Shown here: positions 1 to 13,152 of the stretch, in pieces | Numbering within the stretch: the first letter of the stretch is position 1 | How the letters are laid out: every line of letters begins with the position of its first letter | Source: Squalus acanthias | Lineage: Eukaryota | Direction of reading: 5' to 3' | Assembly (NCBI GenBank): GCA_030390025.1 | Contig: CM059432.1 | Location: 132,868,001-132,928,000 of the forward strand | Length of the DNA stretch: 60,000 nucleotides | The notes under the pieces: model-generated | The model's database searches: none | What the model was told of the DNA's origin: nothing | The model's input: only the letters and a program-made list of their open reading frames with translations | Made by a program: the position numbers and the translations under genes

Positions 1-30
1 TCGGCAAATTGGAATAAGCTGCAGCAATTG

Positions 31-55
31 TGCAGCAGTACCCAGTAGATGGCAG
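31..55 (+). promoter_or_regulatory. Candidate CTCF site
   Basis: CCAGTAGATGGCAG (42-55) fits CCASYAGRKGGCRS, with an upstream TGCAG module; motif evidence only. Confidence 0.35.
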
Positions 56-1159
56 GATGGGAACATGGAAACACAAAGCACTGACTGGCATGGCAGCAAG
101 AATTTAAAAAAAATTACGGGGCGGGGATATGTGGGGGCGGGGAGGGGGGAGGGGTGGGGAGAAGAGGATTGGGAGTTTTCTTCTGTGCAACTTGATTACT
201 AGGCATTGCTGCAAAAAAAAAACCTGCGGACAGCGGCCTTTGTGTTAAAATAAGGGATAATCAGACTGCACTGTAATAATAAAAAGGAAGAGAGATGTGA
301 GAGGGTAAGAAAAGAATAAAGAAACTCACAGTGGTTATAGGGAGAGGTTATAAAATAACGATGTTTCTGCCACTGACCAGGGATGATATTAGGAAAGATA
401 CTGGCTGCAGCCTCCAACTGCTTTCTTTAATGAGATTCAACGTGTCCAAATTTAAAAAAGGTAGAATTGTACCATCCCATAGTTTGGCAAGTGTCCAACA
501 CTCTTGCAATCCTCATGTATTTTCATTCTATATTTGAGAAACTTCACAGATACAGCAATTAAGCATGTTCGAACAGATAGCCCCAAGAGGAATAAAGATA
601 TAGAGCACAATTAATTAGATACAGACATTTAAAATGAAACCATTTTGATCATATTGTTAAAATATTTATAAATGAGTGGATTATTCAAGAGAGACATTTA
701 GGATAAGAATTGTGATAGAAATGAGTGTTACAAAGCAAGCTGTACCTGTCTTAAAAAATACAGAATGCAAATGTAGAGTGTATACGCGCACAGGATCAGG
801 ATACATGTATGTCGTCTACGACAATATTAATTGAAAATAGCTGAATTAGTTTATCAGTAAATGTTGCATTGTAGTTCGCTCCTACAAAGTTTTGGCTTTA
901 TTTGGAAAATACTGCACACAAGCAAAATAATTTTGTGGTCTGTGCATTTTTCAATATGTACTCTGCGAGGAATTACTTTACTGAAGGAGAAGAGTTGTGC
1001 AGTGTATAAAGTGAGACCTGATGATTCTAACATTCTTGCCGAAATATGAACCGTTCAAAAACACAAAGAGAAGCCTCTGGAAAGGACAGATAACAAATCT
1101 TGAATGATAAGCCAGATCCATTTGATTGACTGTGATTGCCTTCTTTTGACAGATTTTAA

Positions 1160-3343
1160 AACGGAATATTGTTCATCTCGCTATTGCCCCGTTAAGTAAA
1201 TGGGGCAGCAAACGGCATGAAAAGCGCAACCAAAGCATTGAGCTATTGCTGCCTGTTTGCCTGTTCTGATTTTTGTCCGAGCTGGCCACAATCTAGGCGG
1301 CCAGCGCTCCTGCCCGAAACAGACAGGGGCCGAATAAATATTTTCGAATCGGGGCTCGACCGATGTGGTTAGGGTCGCGCCAACACCATTTTTGTCTCAA
1401 CCTGCATTGCCACTGCTCCTTCCTCAACCCGCCCACAAACCATGGGTGGCGCAGGTCAGGAGCAGCAGTATTTAAAGGGATACAAGCTCGCTCTCAGCTA
1501 AAACGGTGTAAAGGTTCGGGAGGCAATTCACTTGTATTAGTCAATGGCTTTTTTTTGTTGCTATTAGATGATTTAAAGTGTCTGTACAACCTCCTGAACT
1601 TTAATTGGCCTTCCAGCAATGCACCTTTTTTCTACACGGGGATCCTGCTGACAGTTTCACTCTGACAAGAGGAAGAGGAGCAAATAGAGCTGTGTCTGCA
1701 GGGGAACCAGATAGAAGGAGGTGTGTTTGCAGGAATCGGCTCCCTGCCAACAGAATGTATAGGCACAGAACAATATGCCTGCGCTTATCTGAGGAGCAGT
1801 GCATCAAGAGGCTGTGCTCCGCCTGGAAGGCTATAAGAGAATTGTGTCAACTCCTGCAGCAAGACCTGCAACGAAAATGCCACAGCTGGCACAGCCTTGC
1901 CTGTTGCAGTCAAGGTCACTGCAGCCCTGAATTTCTTTGCCTCCGGCTCTTTCCAGGCTGCCACAGGGGATATCAATCTGCAACTCATGCTTGCATTAAG
2001 CAGGTGCCTGATGCCGTGCCATGTCCACTCTCCTCACGGACAATCAGAAACAGGATAGGGCTCAGGGATTCACACAGATTAAGCTTCCCTGCCAAGACAA
2101 GGGCATCGTTGACTGCACCCATTGTGGCCTCCTTCAGACAAGCTCACTGCTTCCATGAATTGCAAGGGCTTCCATTCCATTGATACGCAACTAGCGCGCG
2201 ATCACCAGCAGTGCATCGTGCAGGTGTGTGCCCACTTTTCTGGCAACTATGATGTGTTTATATTGCGGCAATTCTCCATTTTCCCACTTTTTGCCCCTGC
2301 ACAGGAAGTGAGAGGCTGGCCACTTGGGAAAATGGCTATCCCCAACCACACACTTGACCTATGACTCTTCTCAGGACCCCATGCTTGGCTGTTGAACTGC
2401 ACCACAATCAGATCCATGGCTCGACTAGAGCACTCATCGAGCAGGCCGTCGGAGTCCTCAAGCAACCAATCTGCTGCCTAGACAGGTCTTGTTGGTTCCT
2501 TCAATACTGCCCAGAAAGTCCTGTATGATTATGGTTTGTTGAATGCTGCATAACTTTGCTCCGCAACAGGGACAATGCAGGGAGCCACCATTGAGGACCT
2601 TCAGCAAGATGAGGGAGATGACAATGATGACACAGAGTATGCCAACAAAGTGTAAGAGCTCCAACACTTAACTGAAGCCAGAGCTCTTCAGCAGCAGATC
2701 ATTGTAGAATGATTCAGTTGAACAATCCCTGTTCCCCTGCAATAAACAGTCCTGTTCAACATCTCGCTCAGTCCTTCCACCCTCCAATAGGCTGCATCTG
2801 CCCAAAGACCAAAATTGATATTCACGCCACCTGACATTGCAGGGTCTCCTGCTATGGCAGGAACACTCTGCACACACAGAGTCCAAGAAGGTTTATTATG
2901 TTACTGGCTTACACACTAATTATCACCTAGGTGTGAGCTCCCAGTACCTGTCGTAAATGCTCTCTTACCTTGTCTAGCCCTCCCAAGTGGTGCTGCCCCA
3001 GTGGCTTTAATAATAGAGGTGGAAGGCTGCTGTGGCTATGACGTGAACCATTGAGATGCGTGTGGTTGGTGACCTGCTAGGAGCTCAGGCCTTAGTGGAC
3101 CTGGGTGCAGGCTGCAGCAATTCCGTGGGTGGCCCAGCTGGCTATCTGGTACCTTGGCAGGTATTTGTTGAGGAGGTTGCAGGGATGCACATGTGCTGCC
3201 ATCCCGAGAGAAGGCAATACATTCCGCTCCCATGTTACGACTGCCCTAACTCTTGGGGCTATGCTCAGCATTCCCACTGATCTGCAGGAGACAGGACTGT
3301 GGGAGATTGATGCCACCAATCCTTCGATCTCCCAGTCTGTCCA
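1160..3343 (+). mobile_element. Old degraded Harbinger element (transposase pseudogene ~1650-2710 on +, Myb-like 3' remnant ~2990-3340 on -); boundaries approximate
   Basis: Frameshifted RLSEEQCIKRL, ELCQLLQQDLQ, VAVKVTAALNFFASGSFQ, NCKGFHSIDTQL and DVFILRQ segments homologous to the intact transposase. Confidence 0.85.
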
Positions 3344-3497
3344 AGGTGGCCTATATTCTCTGGAGTTTAGAAGAAGAATGAGAGGTGATCTCATTGAAGC
3401 ATATAAGATTCTGAGAGGGCTTGACAGGATAAATGCTGAGAGGCTGTTTCCCCTGGTTGGAGAAACTAGAACTAGGGGGCATAGTCTCAGATAAGGG
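3344..3497 (+). mobile_element. CR1 LINE fragment (ORF2 C-terminus)
   Basis: GLYSLEFRR.MRGDLIEAYKILRGLDR...TRTRGHSLR. Confidence 0.9.
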
Positions 3498-3598
3498 GGG
3501 CTAAATTTGGTTGATTTGCAACTCCCGAGGGCGGTAACGGGGCGCAAATCAACTAGCGCCTGGGCGCAGCGCCGCTAACACCTCCTGCGAAATTCAGC

Positions 3599-5073
3599 TT
3601 TGGTTCCCCTACCTTTCCCTCTTGTTAGAATGTACCTAGCTTGTACCTGAAACATCTCCTGCTTAAAGATCACCCATTGTTCCGATACAGTTTTTCCTGT
3701 CAATCTTTGGTTCCAGTTTACCCTGGTTAGATCCCCTCTCATCCCATTGAAGTTAGCCCTCTTCCAATTTAGAAGTTCTACTTTAGATTGTTCCTTGCTC
3801 TTCTCCATTACTAATCTAAACCTTATGATACGATGATCACTCTTACCCAAGTGTTCTCCCACAGACACTTGGTCCACTTGGTCCACCTCATTCCCCAGCA
3901 CCAGATCCAGCAATGCCTCCTTCCTAGTTGGGCCAAGAACATACTGGTCAAGGAAGTTCTCCTGAACACATTTCAGAAATTCCTCCCCCTCCTTTCCCTT
4001 TACTCTAACATTATCCCAATCGATATTTGGGTAATTAAAGTCCCCCAATATCACCACTCTATAGTTCTTGCATATCTCTGCGATTTCCCTGCAGATTTGC
4101 TCCTCTACCTCCCTCTCACTATTTGGAGGCCTATAGAATACCCCCAATAGCGTGATCATACCCTTTTTGCTTCTCAACTCTAACCAAATGGATTCTGTCC
4201 TTGTCCCCTCAAGGACATCCTCTCTTTCCAACACTACAATGTCTTCCCTAATCAGTACTGCCACCCCACCTCCCTTTTTCCTTCCCTATCTTTTCTGAAC
4301 ACCTTGGGCTCGATTTTGCCAGGCCTGAGGAGGCGGGAATGGAGGTGTGTGGGGTGTTAAAATTGCAAAAAATGGCGGGCGGGCCTGACCCCGCCTTCAT
4401 CCCGCCTCCGAGCAATTTTCCCAAATGCGTGGTTTCTGATCCTGTCTCCGTTCCCCCCTCCAAGAGGCAGGATAGGCCCTTAACAACCACTTAATTGCCT
4501 GTATAATCCCATTTTGAGAGGCCTTTCTGATTTTAAGACTTTTCCGACGTGATGCACGCCTCCTCTGAAACACGACGGTGAAACCTGGCACACTTGGATT
4601 GCTGACTATGAGCCGCAGGTCCACCATTAAGAAGGAGATTTGATCAATCATCATTCTGGGGGAACTTTTAGCAGTGATAACCACTGTTGTGGAAGTTTGG
4701 AGCCTGGAGTAGTAGTAGTAGTGGTGGGTGGTGGTGGTGGTGGTGGTACAAAAAAATTCTGGGAGCAGACTTAGGTCTCCTGCTGCTCATTTTGCCTCCA
4801 GGTCCCTCTCACAGCAAAGGCCAAAAGCTTCCCAGTCTTTGCAGACCTTAAATGCAGCAGCAATGATGACATCATCAGAGGCGACTTTCAGACTGAAAAA
4901 ACTAATTGGGTCATGGGTTCCCACATGCTGGAACTCAATTGCCCAATTAGGGGAAAATCGAATAATTCTCCTACATCCAATTGGAGTCGGGTGGCTAACA
5001 CGAAAAGCGGATGACACGACCCCAGCCCGCCCCAATGACAAAATCGAGCCCCTTGTATCCATGAATATTTAGT
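3599..5073 (-). mobile_element. Internal CR1 ORF2 fragment (AP-endonuclease region), split by MITE 4306-5051
   Basis: ESIWLEL, GVFYRPPN, ILGDFNYPNIDW, PTRKEALLDLVL, LGKSDH motifs. Confidence 0.92.
4306..5051. mobile_element. Harbinger-type MITE nested in CR1
   Basis: TIRs GGGCTCGATTTTG / CAAAATCGAGCCC, TSD CTT/CTT; CR1 sequence resumes at 5052. Confidence 0.9.
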
Positions 5074-5637
5074 TTGTTTCACCACTGCAACAGTTTCATT
5101 CAGTAATTTCAAGGTTCTTTTGTTTCAGGAGTCTTCTGGCAACTAAAAAGTAGCTACATTTATTCTTCAAAGATTCAAACTGCTACACTTGGTAACATTA
5201 ATGGGGCTGTACTGGCGCCACCTCGTCCTCCAGCATCTACGGCGGAGGGAGGGTAAGGCAGTGAGAAATACGGGAACATGCGCCCAGATGGAGAAGGAGG
5301 GTCATCAGTCCTCTCAACAGGAGGCCTTACCCTCCGAGGGTATTCCTACAGCACTTCTCATACCTTCAATTAAGCGAGGAGCAGTGTATTAGAAGGCTCT
5401 GCCTCACCAAGGAGGTGGTCACAGAACTCTGCCACTTCCTCCAAACAGACCTTCAGCCTCACACCAGGATGGCTTAAACCCCAGATCCCCTTTGCTCACC
5501 ACATCCCCATCATTCCATCCCTGTTGCAGGCTATATCACACTGCAAAGCTGAAATGAGAGACACCACAGAAAAATGGTAAGTGAAGTAATAAATTTATCA
5601 AAAAGTAGTGGACATGTATTTACAACAACAATATTAA

Positions 5638-7532
5638 CTATTCACCCTTGTGCAATCCCTTAGTACCTCTCGTTACTGTGCCTTTTCCTGCTCTAGTGAT
5701 CCTACGAAGTGTTGGCCCAGTGGCTGCAGCAGGGCTGGTGGAAGGCTGCTGAGTGTCCATGCGGGAGACTTCAGATGGCGTTGCAGGACATCCTCGACCA
5801 GCTCTGGACCTGGAAGGCCCGGCTGTAGACAGCACCACCTCAGCATGGGCAGCAGCAGTCTGGGCTGGCTGGATGACAGGGCAATGGCGGAGTGGCAGTG
5901 GTGGAAGCAGGAATGCTGTCCTTCTGAGAGAGGACAGCAGGTTCCTGCTCCACTGACCCACTGCCGCTCCCCCGGGGCAGCACCTCAGCATCCCATGCAA
6001 TCTGTTGGGGTACAGATTGCTGGCCTGCTGCGACACCGTGAAAGCCCTGGTCGACGGTGGTGACCCAGCCATGATGGCAGCAGTCAGAGCTTGCATGGCA
6101 TGAAGCTGAGACTGCATGAGAGCAGTCTGAGATTGGATGCCACCAAGCATAGACTCCATTGCAGCTCTCAGACGTTGCGTTGCTTCCGCCTGTGCTGCAA
6201 TGGAAGCTGCCAGATCGCCCATCACATGCGGCATCTGGGTTGCCACGGTCTCTCTGGGAGTCTACCATCCTTTGCGGACTGGAAATGATGGGCTCCATGG
6301 TGTGCGCAGAACCTTGTGCAATGTTGGAGGTGGACTCCTCCATGCTCCTTACCATTGCGAGAGGCTCTCGGGCACCCTTGCCATTGCAGCTATCATCTCC
6401 GTGTGTATGCCCATCACCCTTCTTGTGAATGCCTCCCCATCGAGGTCCTCATCTGAGTCCTGTGCAGCAGAACTCCCGCGTGAACTCGCCCTCCGGGGAG
6501 CTGGACCCTGAGCTACCCTTTCCCCCGGCCTTGCTGCAGCCCACTCGTCCCTGGTGTCTCACCATGTACAGATCCTGCTACTATACTAGGCTCTAAAGAA
6601 CGTGTAGTGCCAGTATCTGAGCTGGTGTCTGCGGGTGAGAGATGCAGTGACGTGGTGTGTTCTTCCTCCTCCTCTTCTCCCCCCTCGCTCTCTATGGTAC
6701 CTTCAGGGACAGGCTGCTCAGATGCTTGTTGATTATCTGAAAGCATAAAGGCACAAGAGTCAGGTTAAAGGTTAAAGTGAGAGGAGGGGGGCAGGAAGTG
6801 AGAAATGCATGCATACAGCATGATTAGCTGGAAAGTGCGAAACGCTTGTAGGGTGAGGGGGAAGTGGGATGTGAGAAGAAGGAGTAGGGATAAACATACC
6901 GTTGTTGTCCCCAAGGTGGTCAACGTCGCCGGTGGCTACGGTGCCCACCACCTGGCACCCAATAATCTGCAGCACTCTATTCTCTAGCTCAGACAGTGGT
7001 TGGGTGTTGGCTTGTCCCCCGCCTGTGCGCTCCTGCTCCCTCCTGTTGTGAGCAACCTTGGCCTGCAAGAGAAAGGAAAGTGTGTGAATGAGTGTGGAGC
7101 AATGTGTTTGGGTGATGTGCTTGCCATAGTTGAATAGCTGTCATTGTGTGCAAGGTGTGAGATGTGGGTGTGAGTGTTGGTAGGCAGAGATTGTTGGTGT
7201 GTGAGTGCTGGGGGTGTGGTGCTTTAGGCAGTGTGTGAAGATTGTGGTATAGATGGTGGTATGTAGCATTTGTTGAAGCATTAACTCACCCTGACCACCC
7301 GAGTGAGGTCGTTAAATTTCTTCCTGCACTGTGTGTGGGTCCTGGGGACCACAGTGCTGCCCGAGACATGCTGCGCTACCTCCCTCCACATGGTGTGGAA
7401 GACTTGTGGCGAGGGCCTCCTGCCACTTGCCGGGTAGAGCACCACCCTTCGTCTCTCAACAGCGAAAACCAATACCTCCAATGCTTCATTGGAGAATCTG
7501 CGGGCTCTCTACCTGGGGCGTTGACCTACCAT
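5638..7532 (-). pseudogene. Harbinger Myb/SANT-like pseudogene, 3 exons (7532-7290, 7062-6900, 6736-5638)
   Basis: WREVAQHV...RTHTQCRKKFNDLTRVVR; same 163-nt exon 2 and intron phases as copy A; premature stop at 6513 and frameshifts. Confidence 0.85.
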
Positions 7533-8544
7533 GAGAACACCTGGTTCAGTCCTCTGGCTCCTTCTCCTTGTTCTGCTTCTGCTTGCTGAGGCAGCTGCAC
7601 AGCCAGCAATGCTGAGAATGAGGTGCTGCAGCCTCAATGAACCTCCCCTTTAAGTAGTGAAAAAAGCCTGTGGCAATGATGAGTTGCGTTTAGACTGCAC
7701 CCGATATTGGTCCAACTTTTAAGTCTAACGCCAATGAGCTTGGGCTTTAAGACATGATTTAGGACTCCAATCATTTTATTGAGCAGTGAGCACGAATTTT
7801 TCGTGCAGTCTAAAGCATTTGCGCCTGGCACTAATTCTCCAACTTTTCTACTGACATCGCCCATTCCTTGGCTATAACGAATTTCTAGCCCTATGTTTCT
7901 TCCACTCAGAAGGTGGTGCGGAGACATGAGAAACAAATGTAAATAGATGCCATCGGTCATGTTGAATGCCTTATGCCATTTTGTTCTGGGCAAGTTGAAC
8001 CCGCAGGACACTCATACAGGCCGGCAATGCTGTTTTTGCGTTACGCACCTGTACGGACCTGTCCCCTAAGCTAAACAGAAAGTCACAATCACGACACATT
8101 ATTTACTACAGGTTAGGTTTAAAAAGAGAGCTTTGAAATGGGCCAACACAAATTAAAAGACTTAAATGTGTGCTGAGTGAATAAAGCTTTTATTCTCGAG
8201 ATGTAAGGAGTCATTTGATACTGAAACACATATTTACTTCCATATGTTTCAAACTGACAAGAATATGTTATTACTGGAAAGGAAAGCTCGGCGCTCCGGC
8301 TGCGCCACGCTCAGCTCCCACACAAGGTTCCGGCCGGAACCTGCAGTTCAATCTGCAATAATCCAGAGCTACAAACTCCGGGGAAACCTCAGGAACAACA
8401 TTTAAGAGTGAAGCACCCGCACACCACACACACGGACCCCACACACGGTTCCTTTTTTTAATCACTTCCAGAAGAAAAAAAAAGCATAAAACTCCAAAGA
8501 ATTAACTAACCCATTAATTAGAATATAAAATATTTTACTTTGCC

Positions 8545-9685
8545 AGCCTAGGATAACGATAATAAGTAAATAATGGATAGCTAGCTGGCTTCAAGACAGG
8601 AAGCAGAGAGTAGGGGTAAAGGGTAGCTATTCAGAGTGGCAGAAGATGGGTAGTGGTGTTCCACAAGGATCAGTGCTGGGACCACTGCTGTTCACAATTT
8701 ACATTAACGATTTAGACTTTGGAATCAAAAACACAATTTCTAAATTTGCGGATGACACCAAATCCGGGAAGGGGTGGGGGGAGGGGATAGTCAATACTGA
8801 GGAGGACTGCAACAAATTACAGTAAGGCATGAATAAACTTGCAGAATGGGCATATAATTGGCAAATTAAATTCAACACAGATAAATGTGAGGTTTTACAT
8901 TTTGGTAAGAAAAATAGGGAGGTCACATATTACTTGGAAAATACGCATCTAAATGGGGTAAAAGAGCAAAGGGATCTCAGAGTACAAATACACAAATCAC
9001 TAAAAGTATTGACACAGGTTATCAAGGCCATAAAACAAAGCAAACCAAGCACTAGGGTTTATTTCGAGAGGGATAGAATTGAAAAGTAGAGAAGTTATGC
9101 TAAACTTGTATCGAACCTTGGTTAGACCACACTGTGTACAATTCTGGTCGCCATATTATAAAAAGGATATAGAGGCACGGGAGAGGATGCAAAACAGATT
9201 TACAAGGATGATACCAGAAATGCGAGGTTATACCAATCAGGAAAGGATGAACAGGCTGGGTTTCTTTTCTCTTGAAAAGAGAAGGCTGAGGGGTGACCCA
9301 ATAGAGGTCTTTTAAATTATGAAAGGTTTTGATAGAGTAGACACAGAGAGAGTATTTCCACTTGTGAGGAAGAGCAAAACTAAAGGCCATCAATATAAGA
9401 TAGTCACCAAGAAATCAAATAGGGAATTCAATAGAAACTTCTTTACCCAGAGAGTGGTGAGAATGTGGAACTCGCTACCACAAGGAGTAGTTGAAGCGAA
9501 TAGTATAGATGCATTTAAGGGGTGGTTAGATAAGCATATGAAGGAGAAGGGAATAGAGGGTTAAGCTGATAGAGTTAGATGAGGAAAGATTGGAGGAGGC
9601 TCGAGTGGAGCATAAACGCTGGCATGGACTGGTTAGGCTGAATGGCCTGTTTCAGTCCTGTATACCCCATATAATTCTATGATAA
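8545..9685 (+). mobile_element. 5'-truncated CR1 LINE
   Basis: [38 protein letters not shown] and a CR1 3' tail. Confidence 0.93.
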
Positions 9686-9856
9686 TTACAATTGGAAGGT
9701 TGTCTATAGTAGGTAGGATCAAATTACACATTCCAGACAAACTGTTGGGTGTGTCTTGTCCTCCAAGGGGACCAATGAGAAATCTGGTCTTGTCCTACAA
9801 GGGGACCAATCAGAAATCTGGTGTTGCAAATAGACGCGACCTAAAGTGATAGATAT

Positions 9857-10157
9857 CATAGAATGGTTACAGCATGGAAGAAGGCCATTCGGCCTGTCGA
9901 GCCCGTGCCGCCTAACCAATTAGTCCCACTCCTCCGCCCTTTCCCCGTAGCCCTGCAAATTTCTTTCCTTCAGATACTTTTCCAACTCCCTTTTGAAAGC
10001 CGTGATTGAATCTGCCTCCACCATCCTTTCAGACGGTGAATTCCAGATCTTAACCATTCACCGCGTAAACGTCGCCTTTGGTTCTTTTGCCAATCACCTT
10101 AAATCTGTGTCCTCTGGTTCTCGACCCTTCTGCCAATGGGAACAGTTTCCCTCTATC
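9857..10157 (-). mobile_element. CR1 3' end
   Basis: Reverse-complement CR1 3' UTR/tail (CATAGAATGGTTACAGC...GGCCATTCGGCC). Confidence 0.85.
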
Positions 10158-10842
10158 AAATAACAAATTTACAAAGCTGTAGTCTAAATAAGCGAATCAG
10201 ATGACATCATCATTTTTTTGCAACTAGTCTTGAGTCATTTTCTGCTATAATACAGAATGGGCAATATTTTAATAGTGTAATTAAATTCACAATTTCTATA
10301 GGTTTCCACAGAATCTTGTTCTGTTCCAGGTCCACTAGATGAACTGATGGCTCAGAGAAGGGCAGTGTGAAAGTCACGTTGAGAATTAGATTTGTTTAGA
10401 ACATTAATAGTGCCAGTCAATGTTCCCTCTAATTTTTATTGTTCACGGCCCCTTTAAATTTGCGGCGCGGTATCTTCCAGCGGCAACAGCTTGTGAGTGG
10501 CCTGCGCAGGACCTCCTGATTAATGCGTGGCCACATTGGTGCTAGTACAGTCTATGGATAAATCCTTTGGCGTCTCTACTGGGAAAATGCTCAAACACCT
10601 GCTGTGCATGAACTCCAGCCTCACCATCTTCAATGCTGCGTGCTCTCTCTCTGCTAATGATGTTGATGGCTACATCTTCCACTGGTGTCGGAATTTGCAA
10701 CATGGCAGGACCTCATCCCGTCCTTGAAGTCTCCCGTCGAGTGTGTACCAACCACTAGGGGTCTAGTTGTACAATCACACGTTCTCAGGTAATGCAGATC
10801 TGAGAATTGGGTTAAAATGCCTATCTCTGACCTGCACTCCCT

Positions 10843-11262
10843 TCATAGACATAGAAACATAGAAAAATAGGAGCAGGAGTAGGCCATTTGGCCCTTCGAG
10901 CCTGCTCCACCATTCAATATGATCATGGCTGATCCTCTATCTCAATACCATATTCCTGCTCTCTCCCCATACCCCTTGACACCTTTTGCGTCTAGAAATC
11001 TATCTATCTCCTTCTTAAATATATTCAGTGACTTGGCCTCCACAACCTTCTGTGGTAGAGAATTCCACAGGTTCACCACCCTCTGAGTGAAGAAATTTCT
11101 CCTCATCTCAGTCCTAAATGTCCTACCCCGTATCCTGAGACTGTGACTCCTCGTTCTAGACCCCTCAGCCAGGGGAAACATCCTCCCTGCATCCAGTCTG
11201 TCTCGCCCTGTCAGAATTTTATACGTTTCAATGAGATCCCCTCTCATTCTTCTAAACTCTAT
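10843..11262 (-). mobile_element. CR1 3' end
   Basis: MRGDLIETYKIL...FFTQRVVNLWNSLP and an (ACATAGAA)n tail. Confidence 0.92.
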
Positions 11263-11289
11263 GGCTTCCCCACTAGGAGTGCGGAACTA

Positions 11290-11622
11290 GGCCTGCTGTC
11301 TCCTGCTTGGGGGACACTTCCATGGACCTGGCAATTCTCTGGTACTTCAACCACTGCGAGTGTGGACAGTCAGGGTTGGGCATTCACAGTCGAGCACAGT
11401 CCTGCTCACGTGTTTGCAGTTGACAGTAGGGTCACTGGAGAAGTATCAGGGGTGGAAATCCTGGCTGATTTTCTTTTCCCCCCTCCCTTGCCTTGGCCAC
11501 TGAGATTGTACCCTCATCACTGTTCTGAAATCAAATAACTCAGCACAGACCAAGATTGAATCTGGGGCCTCCCCAGTTTGTACGCTTCAGTTCCACACTG
11601 GTCACTTAGCAACTGAGACATC
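11290..11622 (-). mobile_element. Ancient tRNA-derived SINE of a different family
   Basis: Minus strand shows decayed A/B boxes (TCTCAGTTG; AGATTCAATC) followed by GGTCTGTGCTGAGTTA...AAATCAGCCAGG body. Confidence 0.55.
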
Positions 11623-12528
11623 AGGGCATACCAGCGCTAGATATTTCAAGCCACACGGGAACAAATTGTCCAAATAGTTAGCTCTCGCTGCGTTAAAAGC
11701 TCACCTTGCCCGCTCCGCTCCCTGCGCTGTGTCTTAGGAGGTTATTGGTGTACATTTGCTAATGCTGTACGCTCCTGCAAGATGATTTATGTGAAAATCA
11801 AAAGCTAAGCCCAGAATTAGTCATTAAAACCCATTAGGAGTCTGCAGCTTTGTTTACACAAGGTATAACATTTTTTAATGAGAAAAGTTAAAGGCAAATT
11901 GAGGCAAATATAATTATAGAACAAATTGCATCGCGTGCAGGCAAACAGTTAAAAGGGATGGTTTTAGGGGACAGGCACTGAATACATTTGTAATGGCAGC
12001 TGCAGGCAGTTTCTTACCTTCAGAGATGCAGTCTAGGAAAATGTACTCTGCTGTGCTACACGGCTGTGAGGTCTCAAACTAACAATTCCATAGTGAGGGA
12101 GAAAGAGGCAAGGGAAAGTGCTTGCAGCTGGGTTTCCAACGTTTTTAGAAAGCACCGAGTTGCTACTGCAAAGTTGTCTGAGTTCTGAATTACTTCAACA
12201 TTGAAACCATCATCGAGCTCCTTCCAACTATTACTTCAATTGTTGGTATTATTATTAGTACTGCATTGGTTTTCATAGCCATTCCTGCTTTAAGCACCGG
12301 ATGTACCTGTGGTGTACAGGGTTATATCAGTAACGACCCGTTTACTGATGGACTGCACAGCAACTTTTCAAGAGTACAAGCATCGAACCATCTCAGAAGT
12401 TTAATGACACCATCTCAGACCCGATTGGTCTATAGCGACAACATGATTTTAAAAGTGAAACAGGCAGTTCAATGTTCAGAGAGTGGTAGTCTATCACAAG
12501 GTTTCCAGCCTGCAAAGCCCCCCCTTTT

Positions 12529-13133
12529 TAAGCACGATTTTAACCCTACCCACCCGGCAGAAATTGGGCAGGCAGGCAGTTAAAATCGGCCAGGGGACTT
12601 ACACGCCGATGTTCCGCTCCCATCCCACTGTCCTGAATTTTAACCTGCTCTTCTGAGCAGTGGCAAGGACAACTGTCTGAAGGCGGTGGAAGGGGTCCTT
12701 CTTTAAATATACTGATTGGCTCCTAAGATCTCATCAGGCCCCGTCTGCAATTTTAACTGGTGGCCTGAGCGGGGAAGCCGTTATGGCTTTCCTGCCAGGT
12801 GAATACAGCGGGAAGAGGAGTCGGGGCCAAAACAGGCCCAAATAGGTACTTTAAAAAAAACTTTTCTTACTTTCCTTGTGGGGCCAGGAGTACTCTTCGG
12901 GCCCCACAAGGAGTGTTTAGGCCTCCCCCTACCCTGGGCTCCCCCTCCAACCTGAATGCGAACCCACCCAGCTGAGTGCTGGTGACCATTCCTTCCAATC
13001 CTGCCCATCGCTCACCTGCCGCTTACCACCCGTTCAGGCGGGCAGCTGTCCGAGGGCCTGCAGGCCTAGTTTGCCACTTGCCTCGCCACCCCCCACCTAG
13101 TCCGATTCACGCTCTGGGTTAAAATCGGGGCAC
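12529..13133. mobile_element. Harbinger-type MITE
   Basis: Terminal CGATTTTAACCC / GGGTTAAAATCG, repeated internal ATTTTAAC motifs, TTT flanks. Confidence 0.75.
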
Positions 13134-13152
13134 TTTGTTTTGAATTCTGTTA

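Larger units (their letters stand above)
3495..7891 (+). mobile_element. Second degraded Harbinger element: left-end fragment 3495-3598, interrupted by CR1+MITE, transposase 5' remnant ~5190-5470, Myb-like pseudogene on -, right TIR at 7891
   Basis: 3495-3598 matches the transposase-proximal end of the family; RRPYPPRVF..SYLQLSEEQCIRRL..KEVVTELCH remnant; GAATTTCTAGCCC terminus. Joining the two ends into one element is inferred. Confidence 0.72.
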
